Assembly: GCA_951406725.2 (NCBI GenBank)
Contig: OX597815.1
Coordinates: 21,700,001 to 21,764,000, forward strand
From: Octopus vulgaris
Lineage: Eukaryota
DNA length: 64,000 nucleotides
Direction of reading: 5' to 3'
Shown here: piece by piece, positions 28,208 through 43,628 of the stretch
Numbering within the stretch: position 1 is the stretch's first letter
Layout: each line of letters starts with the position of its first letter
Made by a program: the position numbers and the translations under genes
Notes under the pieces: generated by a model
What the model was told of the DNA's origin: nothing
The model's input: the letters and a program-made list of their open reading frames with translations, nothing else
Databases searched by the model: none

Positions 28208-28394
28208 TGTATGTATAAATGGATATATATGAATATATACACATATACATATGTACATGTGTGAACATATACATATATATGCATGCAAATATTTGTGTGT
28301 GTGTGTGTGTGTGTATGTGTGTGTATGTTTATGTATGTTTATAAATATGGAAGCACAAGCACAAACATATATCTCTATAATGTGTGTGACTGAA

Positions 28395-28425
<31 letters not shown>

Positions 28426-28689
28426 AGGAGAGAGAGGGAAAGAGAGAATGAGAAAGAGAGAGAGAGAGAAAAGGAGGGAAAGAAACGAGAACGAAAATAA
28501 ATTAACTGTCCCCTATATGATTACCATAAAAAGCTCGGTTGTTCTGCAAAGGTTAAAGAATCAGGAAAGAAACGAGAAGTTGATTATATCATAAATTGGA
28601 ATATTAATCTTATGCTATATCTTTCACATTGCCCTCCACACATACCTGAAGACGTATATAATTGTACACAAATGATACATACACACGAT

Positions 28690-28724
<35 letters not shown>

Positions 28725-28829
28725 AATTTCTCAAGGTATGAGAGTATCTTTCTGTATATGTGTATGTGCGTGTGTATGCATGTGTGTATGTAATGAGTCT
28801 GTGTGTTTACATGAATATGATATATGTAA

Positions 28830-28871
<42 letters not shown>

Positions 28872-29363
28872 TGTATGCTTGTGTGTATGTGTGTGTGTTT
28901 ACATGTGAACGGGAGATTGTGTACTCGGACAATATATGAAGTTTCAATCTATCTATACGTACAAAAATACATACATACATACATACATACATACATACAT
29001 ACATACATACATACATACATACATACATACATACATACATACATACATACATGCTTCTAAGTAGGACACAGCATGCAACGGTCATGCACACTATATGGAC
29101 TCACACATATTCACACTCTATCATTTATATTTAAAGACACACATGCATACATATTCATTAAAGATATATACTCATGTATAGACAATGTGAAATGTGTATT
29201 TAAGTATGTGACAGAAGAAGATAGAGTGAGAGAAAGAAGAGGAGTGTGAGAGAGAGAAGAGAAGGAGAGTGAGATGAGGGGGGAAAACAAAGAAGAGGGG
29301 GAATGAGAGAGAAAGAGAAAGACAGATAGATAGATAGATAGATAGAGAGAGAGATAGAAAAAT

Positions 29364-29416
<53 letters not shown>

Positions 29417-29443
29417 GAGATAGATGGATAGATAGATAGATAG

Positions 29444-29490
<47 letters not shown>

Positions 29491-30141
29491 GATAGAGAGG
29501 TAAATGAAGGCGGGAACTGAGGTGTTGATAGGACGCCAATATACCTGTTGTGTATGTTTAATATTTTTCTAATATTCTCTCAAATATTTCTTTATTCTTG
29601 GTTGTAGATAAAACAAAACGATACATAGTAAGCCATACTGTAACGAACGTTTATTAAACATTTTACATTGTATTAGATATAAAATATTCTAGATAAAAGC
29701 GAAAAATATGTTCATTGTTGTTGTTCATGTTTATACCACATCACTCTTAGATCAACCTATAGACCCTATGGTCAAAGATATTCTAGCCGGAACGTCTATT
29801 ATAAAAGTATAGTTTATATAGGACAGTATTGACCAATATATCCTACTTTTACAAGAAAGTAAGTTATGTTTTGAAAGAGACTTGGCCACAGCTTCTTACA
29901 GGTCGAACGCCAGTCATTGGTTTAAGAAATATGTGTTCAGAGAATGAGAATCAGGAAGAGTATGAAAATAACTCAAGCCTGTTACTATAGAATCCCAAAT
30001 GGCAATCTGTTTGTCTTGCTGAAAGCGGAAGATTCTAAATTTATGGGGATTGCTTCCGTGTATTCATTTCTTTAATCATTTCTGAAATGATTCTCGTAGA
30101 CTGTAAGGTTTGTGTAACTATTTTGAGGTTGACAGAGGATG

Positions 30142-30247
<106 letters not shown>

Positions 30248-30266
30248 GTCTGTACGTCTCTCGCTT

Positions 30267-30379
<113 letters not shown>

Positions 30380-30705
30380 GTGTTCCCATGATGGCTGAAA
30401 GCATAATACATGGTTGTTTTGCCAAGCACAAAGGAAATGCAAATATTTAGATCATGTTACTTTAACACTATTTAAACCTTGATGTGTATATTCGAATATG
30501 CATACACACATAAATACATAGATACATACACGTATGCACACATACACGTATGTACACGTACACGCATGTATACATACACACATTCACAAATACACTCAAC
30601 ATATACTGATATACACACTCCTATAAATATGTAACATCATTCAAATAGTCTAGAACAGTGGATTGGAAGGATCATCATAGAATCAGTATTTATACCAGCT
30701 TCAAG

Positions 30706-31121
30706 TAGCGAGCCGGCAGAATCGTTAGCACGCGAAATGCTTAGCAGTATTTCGTCTGTCGCTACGTCCTGAGTTCAAATTCCGCCGAGGTCGACTTTGC
30801 CTTTCATCCTTTCGGGGTCGATTAAATAAGTACCAGTTACGCACTGGGGTCGATATAATTGACTTAATCCATTTGTCTATCCTTGTTTGTCCCCTCTGTG
30901 TGTGGGCAGTAAAAGAAATAAGAATCGTTAACACGCAGGGCGAAATGATTAGCTGTATTTCGTCTGTCGTCACGTTCTGAGTTCAAATGCCGCCGGGGTC
31001 GACTTTGCCTTTCATCCTTTCAGGGTCGATAAATTAAAGTACCAGTGAAACACTGGGGTCGATGTAATCGACTTACCCCCTCCCTCATAATTTCAGACCT
31101 TGTGCTTATAGTAGAAAGGAA
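30706..31121 (+). mobile_element. Two tandem SINE family B copies with different 3' tails
   Basis: About 30706-30921 ends TGTGGGCAGTAAAAGAAAT; about 30922-31121 ends CCTTGTGCTTATAGTAGAAAGGA. Confidence 0.88.
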
Positions 31122-31139
31122 TATTTCTACTTGCTTTCT

Positions 31140-32314
31140 AGGAAGTATCTAATCTTTCTTTGTGAAGTGATGCGTTTTAATGCCTCCGTGGTTATTTTTC
31201 TTCACAACTCCCACATCTGCAAAACGTTTTCCTTTAAGGACTTTTTTCATTCAAGGGAACGAAAGGAAGTCGAAAGGAGCCAGATCGGGTGAATAGGAAG
31301 GGTAAGTAAGGCGGGGTCATGCCAGTTTTAGTACAAAACTGTTTCAAGGCGGTGTGCGCAGGCTCATTGTCGTTATGAAACCACCACTCTCCACTTTGTC
31401 ACTGGTCGGGGGCGTTTTCGTCTCACCGCATCTCGCAAACGCTTCTGAACTGCCATGTAAAATGTCTCGTTAACAGTTTGACCAGGAGGAACAAATTCTG
31501 TGTGCACAATTCCTTTCACATCGATGGAACCAATCAGCGTCGTCTTGATATTGGACTACACTTGATGCATTCTTTTGGTGCCTGGTGACATTGAATGCTT
31601 CCATTGACTTGATTGCTGCTTCGTTTCCGGGTCGTAGCCGTAGCACTAGCTTTCGTCACCAGTGATGACCTTCGAAAAGAGATTCGGATTAACTTCCAAC
31701 TGTTGTTCAATTCACGACACGCATTCACTCGTGACTGCTTTTGATCTTCCGTGAGCAAATGAGGCACAAATTTTGCTGCAACTCTTTTCATTCGTAATTC
31801 CTCGCTCAAAATTCGTTGGCAGAAGCTCCAGAACACAATAGTCATATAAGCAAGTTCGTCAATTGTTCAGCGACTGTCCTCCAAGATTAGTTCATGAATT
31901 TTCGTGTTGTTTTCATTCGTTCTGGAGGTCGACAGCTACTCTGAACGATTGTTGGTCTTCAAGCAACAAGTGAAGCGTAAAAATCACTTGTAAACTTGTG
32001 TTTTGCTCATAGCATCGTCCTTGTAAGCTGTTAGAAGCATGACAACTGTTTGGGCCGCCATTTTCCCCGGCAGAAAACAGAATTTCACGGAAACACGCTG
32101 TTCCTTCGTTTCGGTTATCGCAAAAATCGACGAACAGGGGAGAAGCACTGTAAAACAAAGACACACTACGTGGCAGTACGACCTCAGTGGACGACGCCGG
32201 TCAACAGACTGAAGTGTGAGGGCTGCATCAAGTGGCTTCTAGCGGCTGAAGCCTGAACTACGACAGGCTTGTCCCACAGAGAATGTTTCTGCTTACTTTT
32301 GGGTACCCCTCGTA
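31140..32314 (-). mobile_element. Mariner (Tc1/mariner) transposon, defective transposase
   Basis: EQRVSVKFCF...AYKDDAMSKTQVYK, AAKFVPHLLT, VITGDES*CYGYDPETKQQS and PYSPDLAPFDF motifs. The TIR begins TA|CGAGGGGTACCCAAAAGTAA at 32314. Confidence 0.93.
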
Positions 32315-33453
32315 CATATGTATTTATGTATGTATGTATTCACTAACTTTTACAAGCAAAAGATTGACAGTGACTTCGATGTTTTGGTTTCCTGTTTTCT
32401 TCACACTGTGCTTTACTTGGGTTATTTTTGGCAAGTTGCCTTTCTGGGTAGGTAGAGTTATGTGGATGACAAACAATTAAGTATGGTGTTCGTGGACTGG
32501 AGGAGTAGTTGTGTAGGAGTTGAATTAGGAGTGAATAAGAGAAACGTGTGTGCTTGTAGGGTGTGGGTTGATAGAAAGCTATAGTGAGGAGATTTATTTC
32601 GGTTTGATGTTGGAATTTTGTAATATTTTAAAGCTCCGTCAGACGTGACAGAAAAAGTTTGAAGAGACGTATAGAAATACACTGTAGCCTTGGAATATGT
32701 TTGTGTTCCGGAAGTCACAAGTTATGCAACACTAGTATACTGTTCCTCATGTATATGTGGACCAGTACAACTGAAGCACTTAGAAACTTAAGAATTCCAA
32801 ATAAAGAAATGCACACACTAACACACTGTAATCTCTTATGTCATGTTGAACTACTATTTTCCCCATTTCTGTACAATAAATTTGTCCAAATTTTGCTTTC
32901 CATTCTTCCGAAATCGATAAAATGAGCACTAGTTCATTATTTATATTATCAAGTTATCTACTTGCTATTTCTAGAGTAGGATCAGCTCTTTTTGAACAGA
33001 CGACATATAATCAATCACTTCTGTATTGTATTGGTGACTGCGTTATCAAATGTGCTCTTCCTATCCGTTTTAGAAAGTGTAACGTATTTTGAGGACGATT
33101 TGGATGCTATTTCTAGCAGGTTGAAGGAACATGTTTACATGAAACATGTGACTAGCTTTATATATGCTTATTTAAAGACATATATGTTTGCATACACCCT
33201 TGTTTATGCACAAATATACACATAAAAACATGCATGCATACACATATACGCTTGTATAGCCACATGTATAGCTATTCCCCGACAATACATGCGGACATAA
33301 ACATGTCTTACTAAATAACTGTACACATAAAGATATATACATAGATAATATAAATATACACCACTACATATGCATAGATATACACAAAAATATACATTTA
33401 TAATTGTATATATATATATATGTATGCAACTAGCTGTATTTTATTCATTTCGA

Positions 33454-33493
<40 letters not shown>

Positions 33494-34907
33494 AATATAT
33501 ATATATATATATATTCATGCAAACTCAGCTATGAATATACCATATCACGCGGAGATTCACGGAAATTTGGGTGAAAAAAAGAAAGTATCGCTAAGAGGAA
33601 CAATAAGGAGAAGGAAAAGAAAATAATGATGATGACGGTGATGATGATGATGATGATGATAATGATAATGATGATGGTGATAAAAGATAAGGATGATGCA
33701 GAAGGAGAGATGTGGCGGAAGGACAATAAAAAATTATGAAATAGATATTAAAATGGGAAAATAGGAGAAAAATAACGAAATACATATATAATATAGATTT
33801 AGACAATATAATACACATACTCATACACTAACGTCAATGTATTCATGTATATTTAGAAATTCAAAAACAAAAAAAGAGGTGAAACAAATGGAGAGAGAGA
33901 GAGAGATAGACAGAAGGAATGAGAGAAAGAGAAAGAGAGATAGAGAGGAAGCGAGAAAGAGAGAGAGAGAGAGTGGGAGAAAGACAGAGAAAGAGAAAGA
34001 AAGAGAGATAAATAGATAGATAGATAGAGAGAGAGAGACAGAGTGACAGAAAGAGAGAGAGAGTGAGAGAGAGAGAGAGGGAGAAAGACAGAGAAAGAGA
34101 AAGAAAGAGATAGAGAGATAAATAGATAGATAAATAGAGAGAGACAGAGTGACAGAAAGAGAGAGAGAGAGAGAGAGACAGAGAGTAATACAGACAAAGA
34201 AAGCGGATTAATATTTAATATATGGTAGGGTTGGTGAATTGATAAAGAGGCGGATTCTAAGACAAAATTAATCCCTTCTAACTTCTAGGTTTCATTATTC
34301 TAAATTCTGGGCATCTTACAGGGATCATTCGACATCGCTTCTGATCCCTTCAGGATTGACAAAATAAATATCAGTAATATATTAAGGCTCATTTCAATCG
34401 CGTATGACCACTTCGTACAAAGAATGGTCTTGTGTTTAGTCAAGAGAAATCAATATATAACATATGGTGATAGAAGAGATGCAGCAAAGTATAAAAACAA
34501 GAGAGAAGAAGAGGGAGAAAGGGAAAGAGAGAGGGAGAAAGGGAAAGAGAGCGAGGGAGAGAGAGAGTGAGTTGGAAAAGAGAGGAAGTGGGAAGAGATT
34601 GTGAAAAAAAAAAGGAAATAAAAAAAAAGCGGAAGCAGAGAGTTAGAGAAAGTGAAAGTGAAAGTTAGACATCTTAATATTTAAACTGAAATATAAACAA
34701 GATGTATGGAAATATAGACAGTTAGAAATAAATAAATAAATAAATACATACATAAATAAATAAATAAGTAAGGTAGAAAGAGATGATGAGAGAGTGGGGG
34801 AGAGGTAGTAAGAGAGAAGGAAACAAAGAGAAGTGAGCGAGAGAGAGAAGGAGAAAGAAAGAGGTGAGTGAATGAGAGAGAAGGGAAATGAGTGAGGGGG
34901 AAAGATA

Positions 34908-34962
<55 letters not shown>

Positions 34963-35385
34963 GTTGGAGGGAAGTATGTGAGAGAGAGAGAGAAGAGAAG
35001 AAAGGAAAAGAGGGAGATTGAAAAGGGAGAAGGGGTAAGAAAAGAATTTGATAAAATACACGTAAAAGATGTACACGCACGCACACGTGCCTGTGTGCAC
35101 ATGCACAAAAGTGCACACACATACACACACACACGCACGCACACACATACACACACGTACACACACACACACACAAAATAGACAGATATAACCAAGTATG
35201 TGTTAACAAGAAAAAAACAGAGTGCTCAATACTGAAAGTAAGATTATCTATATCAGCAGAGACCTAATTTTCACATATCGTCACTCCGGGTTTCTCGTTG
35301 TCGCTTTTCGGACGATTACCAAAAATGTAACGTAAAATTTCATATACAGTGAACACACTCGCATACACATACACACGTATGCGCG

Positions 35386-35507
<122 letters not shown>

Positions 35508-35571
35508 CAATACTATCAAGAACATTAGTTGGATTACAAAAAGTAACTGAATCCTATTGGATAAAACTCTA

Positions 35572-35797
35572 ACCTATTTCTTTACTACCCACAAGGGGCT
35601 AAACACAGAGAGAACAAACAAGGACAGACAAAGCGATTAAATCGATTATATCGACCCTAGTGCGTAACTGGTACTTATTTAATCGACCCCGAAAGGATGA
35701 AAGGCAAAGTGGACCTCGGCGGAATTTGAACTCAGAACGTAGCAGCAGACGAAATACCGCAAAGCATTTCGCCCGGCACATTAACGTTTCTGCCAGC
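35572..35797 (-). mobile_element. SINE family B
   Basis: Reverse complement of the family consensus with flanking CTCTAACC duplicated. Confidence 0.9.
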
Positions 35798-36410
35798 TCT
35801 AACCAATATATGAAAAATAGGTGGTGGTGGTGGGGGGTAACATTTAGAGTGGGAAACATAAGGATATAGCATTTGAAACAAGATAGTGGATACATACATG
35901 CATACATACATACATGCATGCATGCATACATACATACATACATACATACATACATACATACATACATACGTACTACATACGTGTAAACGTACGTACATAC
36001 ACGCATACGTACGTACATATATGCACACACACATACACACACAGGTACACACACACACACATGCAAAAACTTTAGCGTTCACGTCTACGTGTGTGTAAAG
36101 TCTAATAGTTCAAGGGAAATAACTCGGGGCGTTTTACAACCTGCTCTCAATAATACATACATACATACATGCACACATACATACATACATACATACATAC
36201 ATACATGCATACATACTATATATACATACATACACGTATATATACATACATATACGTATATATGTAAACGTATATATGTATATATGTATATATACATATA
36301 TACATATATGTATAGATATATATACATATATACATACATATATGTATAGATGTAAAGGTGCATATATGTTCTATATATCAATAAATAAATAACTAAATAA
36401 ATAAATAAAT

Positions 36411-36643
36411 GAGCCCTTTTAAAGCCTAGCTAGGCTCATAGGGCCCGGTTTCCCAGGTTTCAATGGCGTATGTGTTCCCCAGCTGGACGGGACGCCAATC
36501 CATCGCAGCTTTACTCTTTTTTGCCAGCTGAGTGGACTGGAGCAACGTGAAATAGAAGTGTTTTGCTCAAGAACACAACGGTCCAGGAATCGAAACCACA
36601 ATCCTACGATCATGATGCTAACCACCAAGCCACTCGCCTCTAC
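36411..36643 (-). mobile_element. SINE with family-C head and core and a different tail (family E)
   Basis: Shares the GTGTTCTTGAGCAAAACACTTC...CACGTTGCTCCAGTCCACTCAGCTGGCAAAA core. Tail is CTGCGATGGATTGGCGTCCCGTCCAGCTGGGG...GAAACCGGGCCC. Confidence 0.85.
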
Positions 36644-36649
36644 CATATA

Positions 36650-36988
<339 letters not shown>

Positions 36989-37879
36989 ATATATATATAT
37001 ATATATACATACATACATACAGACAGACAGACATATAAATATGTAATATGCATTTATACACATGCACACATATGAAGGGGAAGAAAGCGAGAGAGTCAGG
37101 AAGAGGAGATAGAGAAAGTGATAGAGATAGAGAGAAAGAGAGTAAGAGGAGAAAGGGAGAGAAAGAGAGAGAGAGAGAGAGAGAGACTGAGACATTTAGC
37201 TATAGTTAAGTAGGTTGATAGAAAAGGACAAAGAAACGGCTAATAAAATAAAAATGAAAAAAAAAAGAAAAGAATTATGGATAAGAGAATGAAAAAGAAA
37301 AAAACACGATTGAAAAAGAGGAGTGGGAAATGATTGTGGAAAACGAAAAAAATCTCGTAAAGAATATATTTATCCATACTCAAATACATAGGTATGTATT
37401 TGAATAAGTGTGCGTACACACCGTCGTAGATTTATGTGTTTAGCCCTACGTGTGTTCTTGTGTGTGTAAATTTAATATATTCGTAATCCTTCTCCCCGTA
37501 CACACACACACACACGTATTTGTGTGTATGTGTGTGTTTCTGAATAGCTTAGTGTATGTAAGTGTATTCGTATAACTCCTTCGTTACAGTTTATTAATCT
37601 GTGTGTGTAGTGTATGGTTGCGTGTAGTTATGTGTTTGTAAATGCGTGTATTTGCATGTATGGTGTTATTTTATATATGTGTGTGTGTGTGTGGTGGGGT
37701 GAAGCAGGACCAGGAATTGTAGAAAAAGAGAGAAGCATAGGGAGACGGAGGATGTATATGTGTGTGTGTGTGTGTGTGTGAGTGTAAATATATATGTGTG
37801 TCTGAGTATGCGTGTTGTGTGTGTATGTGTGTATGTTTGTGTGTGTGTATGTGTTTGTGGTTGTGTATTTGTTTGTTTA

Positions 37880-37932
<53 letters not shown>

Positions 37933-38055
37933 ATATATGTGTGTCTGAGTATGCGTGTTGAGTGTGTATGTATGTATGTATGTGTGTATGTTTGTAAGTA
38001 TGTTTGTGTGTGTGTATGTGTTTGCGGCTGTGTATTTGTTTGTTTATTTGTGTGT

Positions 38056-38161
<106 letters not shown>

Positions 38162-38311
38162 GGAATTGATGACAAATAGCAGCCGATAACTATTTCTCGT
38201 CTCATTTAGATTTATGCAAACATCATCCTCCCAACATGGCTGCCATTTTATTCTAAATCTTCAACTCGAGAAACTAATTTCAATCATTTTCTTTTCTTTT
38301 ATATTTTTGTA

Positions 38312-38380
38312 TCATCATCTTCGTCATCATGATCGTCACCGTTATCATCATAATCGTCGTGGTCGTCGTGGTCGTCGTCG

Positions 38381-38430
<50 letters not shown>

Positions 38431-38476
38431 GTCATCGTCATCGTCATCATCATCGTCATCATCATCGTCATCATCG

Positions 38477-38514
<38 letters not shown>

Positions 38515-38539
38515 GTCGTCGTCGTCGTCGTCGTCGTCG

Positions 38540-38574
<35 letters not shown>

Positions 38575-38599
38575 GTCGTCGTCGTCGTCGTCGTCGTCG

Positions 38600-38643
<44 letters not shown>

Positions 38644-38731
38644 GTCATCGTCATCGTCATCATCATCGTCATCATCATCGTCATCATCGTCATCATCATC
38701 ATCATCGTCATCGTCATCGTCATCATCATCG

Positions 38732-38787
<56 letters not shown>

Positions 38788-38809
38788 GTCGTCGTCGTCG
38801 TCGTCGTCG

Positions 38810-38859
<50 letters not shown>

Positions 38860-38898
38860 GTCGTCGTCGTCGTCATCATCATCATCATCATCATCATT
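38312..38898. repeat. (CAT)n/(CGT)n compound microsatellite
   Basis: Direct reading. Confidence 0.95.
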
Positions 38899-39156
38899 AC
38901 AATTCTCACCATTCCTGAAAAGCTGTTGCTTTGTTCAATAGATTTATTTTTCAAAATCTCTTATGCCATTTTCTTCAAGTGCACTTGAACTTAAGCCAGT
39001 ATCCGGCGATTAAAAGTTTCGGTTGCCGGTACTATGATCTTGTCTGAAAATTTTTCTGGATTTTTTTTTCTCTGCTTTTAAGTTCTAGGTTACTTGCCGA
39101 ATAGACAAAATTAACGAAAAAAATTTCAACATTCGAGCTTTTCCACTTTGTAAAGT

Positions 39157-39237
<81 letters not shown>

Positions 39238-39260
39238 GTTTCTTTTTCCTCCCTCCACAC

Positions 39261-39341
<81 letters not shown>

Positions 39342-39368
39342 GCAGCTGTCTGTCTGTCTGTCTGTCCG

Positions 39369-39460
<92 letters not shown>

Positions 39461-39621
39461 GCTAGCTAGCTAGCTAGCTATCTATCAATCTATCTATCTA
39501 TCAATCACCAAAAACAAACATACACAAACAGAACTATAAACTCCCATATATCTAGCTGATACATTTCGTTTTTGGATTTGGTTTGCAAGATTCTTCATTT
39601 GAGTTCGTGTGTTGAAGCATG

Positions 39622-39821
39622 TTCTGTTGTGTCTGGGGAGAGTTATTTTCTTTTGTGTCTTATATTGTAACACACTCACCGGTAAGAGAGTCAAGTCTAT
39701 TGAAAAGGTTGCAAGACGCAACGAAAATTTTAGGAAAAAAAAAATAAGTGGAAATTTTACCGGTGAGTGTGTTACATTATAAAGCAGAAAAAGAAAATGA
39801 TTCTCCCCAGACACAACAGAA
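39622..39821 (+). mobile_element. Fold-back element with a degenerate hammerhead-like motif in the loop (family 3)
   Basis: Arms of about 64 bp (39622-39685 and 39757-39821). The loop contains CTA-TTGAAAAG-GTTGC-AAGAC-GCAAC-GAAA-ATTT-TAG. Confidence 0.6.
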
Positions 39822-40127
39822 ATAGCTGATACAGCTTTGCTGAAATTTCAGTTTTTGCATTTGATGAATCAGACAGCTATATATGTCTCTAAATTGATAT
39901 TATCCAAGATGGCGTCAAGATTCAATGTCTCAGCGACTACAAAACAGTGAGGTCCCGACACTATCTTATATAATGATGTAATTTTTATTTTAATCCAGCA
40001 TGGCTGTCTTATTGATAAAATCTTGAAACCTGCAGTAAGGTTGATCGACGCCAACCGAAAAAGATATACTTCAAACCATGCATTGAGTAATTTATCTCTT
40101 GTTCGTCATAAACAACGGGTATACACA

Positions 40128-40912
40128 TATGCATGTATGTATGTATGTATGTATGTATGTATGTATGTATGTATGTATGTATGTATGTATGTATGCATGC
40201 ATGTATGTATGTATGTATCTACGCATGCATGTATGTATGTATGCATGCATGTATGTATGTATACATGCATGCATGTATGTATGTATGTATGTATGTATGT
40301 ATGTATGCATGCATGCATGTATGTATATATGGATGGATGGATGCATGCATGTATGTATGTATGTATGCATGCATGCATGTATGTATGGATGGATGGATGC
40401 ATGCATGCATGTATGTATGTATGTATGCATGTATGTATGTATGTATGTATGTATGTATGCATGCATGCATGCATGTATGTATGTATGTATGTATGTATGC
40501 ATGTATGTATGTATGTATGTATGTATGTATGTATGTATGTTTGTATGTATATATGTATGCATGCATGTATGTATGCATGCATGCATGTATGTATGTATGT
40601 ATGCATGCATGTATGCATGTATGCATGCATTTATGTATGTATGTACGTATGTATGTATGTATGTATGTACGTATGTATGTATTTATGTATGTATGTATGT
40701 ATGGATGGATGGATGCATGCATGTATGTATGTATTGCATGTATGTATGTATGTATGGATGGATGCATGCATGCATGCATGCATGCATGTATGTATGTATG
40801 TATGTATGTATGCATGTATGTATGCATGCATGCATGTATGTATGTATGCATGCATGTATGTATGTATGTATGTATGTATGCATGTATGTATGTATGCATG
40901 CATGCATGTATG

Positions 40913-40946
<34 letters not shown>

Positions 40947-41002
40947 TGCATGAATGCATGCATGTATGTATGTATGTATGCATGCATGCGTATGTATGTA
41001 TG
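40128..41002. repeat. ~870-bp (TATG/CATG/GATG)n array
   Basis: Direct reading. Confidence 0.95.
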
Positions 41003-41269
41003 ACTATATGAATGTGTGAGTGTGTGCTTGCGTGTGTATTAGTTATGTATGAGTTCTAATAGAGCGCAGTACTTGATTGGTACTTCTACCAGCACAGTGA
41101 AACAACGTTGACTTGGGTAGGATTTAAAATTAGGACGTGAAGGTACGTAGCTAACTTCTGTAACATACTTTCACGCGTTTGCAGTCCAGTGTTTTCATAT
41201 ATGTGCAAAAAGAACCACCGTTATTTAAATCTCATTTTAATAGTTTTAAAATAAGAGGTATATTGTTTC

Positions 41270-41840
41270 TAATTTTTGACACAAGGATAGCGATTTTAAG
41301 GGGAGAAGAAATCAATTACATCGAACCCAGTGATCAATAGCTTTTTCTTACAACCCAAAAGGATGAAAAGGAAAGTTGACCTCGGCAGCATTTGAACCCA
41401 CAACGTAAACAGCCCCGAAACAAACGTCGCTTAGTATTTTGTTCCAGTCGGTAACAATTCTGCCAGAAAGCCGTCTAAATATATAATAAAGAGATTACTG
41501 GTTTATTGACAATCTATATTGTATAACAGAATATATCTATAGACTTTCATCAGCCCTATATGTAATAGACAGGTAAAATACCTTGTCATTATATGTTAGT
41601 GGATATAAACTCTGTATGTTCTGTAGTATAATATGTATGTTCTGTAGTATAATATTGCATTGAAAGAAAATAGCGAATGCTATAATAATCTGCTTGTTCG
41701 TTCGTCCGCTGAGGTCGACTTTCCCTTTTATCCTTTCGGGGTCGATGAAATAAGTACCAGTCAAATACTGGGGTCGATATAATCGACTTACCATCTACCC
41801 CAAAATTCTAGGCCTTGTGCTTATAGTGGAAAGGATATTA
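41270..41840. mobile_element. Two degraded SINE family B copies (about 41270-41465 minus, about 41705-41840 plus)
   Basis: Nin/Deu-like motif GAGGTCGACTTTCCCTTTTATCCTTTCGGGGTCGATGAAATAAGTACCAG and a reverse-complement relative. Confidence 0.75.
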
Positions 41841-42039
41841 TCCAGTACATTTGCACTGAAACAAAACATTGTTAAACAATAATAAATTATTAAATGAACT
41901 GTCAAGAATGCGTTTTATTTGCAAATAAATTTAACCTGTTTCAGGCCTTAATAACTGCGAGTTTATAGATAGTGTCTCTTTGGACAAATTAAGAGAATAA
42001 TCAGGTGCTGATAATAATTACAACACAAAATTAAACTAT

Positions 42040-42480
42040 TCTAGATGAATCCTCTTTTGTTTTTTTCTATCCACAAAAACACTGTTAAGAAAGACAAAGG
42101 ATATACAAATCTATCAATTACCTTTCTTGTTGGGAACATTTTCTTAGGTATACAATGTATTACTGAATAGCACTGAGGATGCGTTGCCTCTCGGTGAAGA
42201 AAATATAGCGGATGGAAAACCGATCATAATGTTACTCGGAATGAGCCAAGTGTTAACCTTCTTTCAGACTTAGCGACAGCATTAATATTGTAGATTGTAA
42301 TCTGACACAGGAAATGGAAATACACTTCTTATTTGTGGCCTTAGCCACAAGGTATAGCATCTTGCTGATCACCAGTTTCTTAAACAAGATTGAATCCTTT
42401 CTTTCAGAGTCTAGAAGTAGCTGGAAGCTTTGGAGGGGATCTGTCATTGTAACATAGAACTCATTTATCATGGGTCATGA
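42040..42480 (-). mobile_element. Possible DIRS-type tyrosine-recombinase remnant
   Basis: KKLVISKMLYLVAKATNKKCISI resembles the DIRS YR box-I region (LT.K..FL.ALATAKR.SE). Downstream AVAKSE and LSAIQ*YIVYLRK resemble F.AK.E and CPVRAL..Y. Heavily decayed. Confidence 0.35.
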
Positions 42481-42688
42481 TACCAGGGAACTACTGGGAG
42501 ACATGACCGGCTCGTATGTGGGCCAGCTAATCCTGTCTCTTTTGTGGCTGCCTCAGTGCTCAGATCGTCTAGAGTTGTGTGCTGCACTTGTCCGCGAAGT
42601 GAAGCATTTGTTATTTACAAATATTGTTTTTTCTTCTGCACATATTTACTTAAAATTAGATTTTTATTGTTCTATACATTGCATATAT

Positions 42689-43013
42689 TAAAGACTCCGC
42701 CGGTTACGACGACGAGGGTCCCAGCTGATACGATCAACGGAACAGCTTGCTCGTGAAATTAACGTGCAAATGGCTGAGCATTCCACAGACACGTGTACCC
42801 TTAACGTAGTTTTCGGGGATAATCAGCGTGACACAGAGAGTGACAAGGCTGACCCTTTGAAATACAAGTACAACTCATTTTTGCCAGCTGAGTGGACTGG
42901 AGCAACGTGAAATAAAGTGTCTTGCTCAAGGACACAACGCGTCGCCGGGAATCGAACTCACAACCTTACGATCATGAGCCGAATGCCCTAACAATTAAGC
43001 CACGCGCCCTCAC
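42689..43013 (-). mobile_element. SINE with family-C head and core and a third tail (family D), with TSD
   Basis: tRNA head with GTTCGATTCCC and the shared core. Tail ends CTGGGACCCTCGTCGTCGTAACCGGCGGAGTCTTT. ACATTGCATATAT is duplicated at 42676-42688 and 43014-43026. Confidence 0.9.
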
Positions 43014-43353
43014 ACATTGCATATATATACTAACGTTAATGCTATTTTGCTTAATACCATTTTGCTCACTTTGCTAATGCATGGCTACAACATTTTCAGA
43101 TGGCCTTATTTATGCTTTTTCTCAAGATGTAATACGGTTCGTACCTGTATTATTTCACAAAATATTCTTCTGATAAAAAGCTATTTTAAGATTAAGCATT
43201 ATATATAAATATGTTTCGAATCTAACCATAATATGGGAATTTACCATTTTTAGCCTTGCCTTTTTAATGTCGGCTGTACTGAGTGCTTATGATCCGAAAA
43301 AGCGAGCTAGTTACAGATACGTGGTAGTCTCGTGTGGCTTTTGCTGCACTGTT

Positions 43354-43447
<94 letters not shown>

Positions 43448-43592
43448 CGAAACCTAGGCAGTAGTCTAGCCTGAGGAAAGCACTAAATAAAACTATGGTC
43501 AAAAGCGTTCTAGATATTACCGTCCGATCTCTTTCCACGCAGAATGTATTTAGAAATATAGTATTCACTGCAGTAGGATGTGAGTAGAAGAG

Positions 43593-43628
<36 letters not shown>

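Noticed and set aside
38214-38988. His/Arg-rich ORF
   Set aside because: (CAT/CGT)n microsatellite.
40023-41011. MYVC/HTYI-repeat ORFs (also near 10.9, 15.4, 36.6, 54.3 and 56 kb)
   Set aside because: Translations of (TATG)n and (TA)n.
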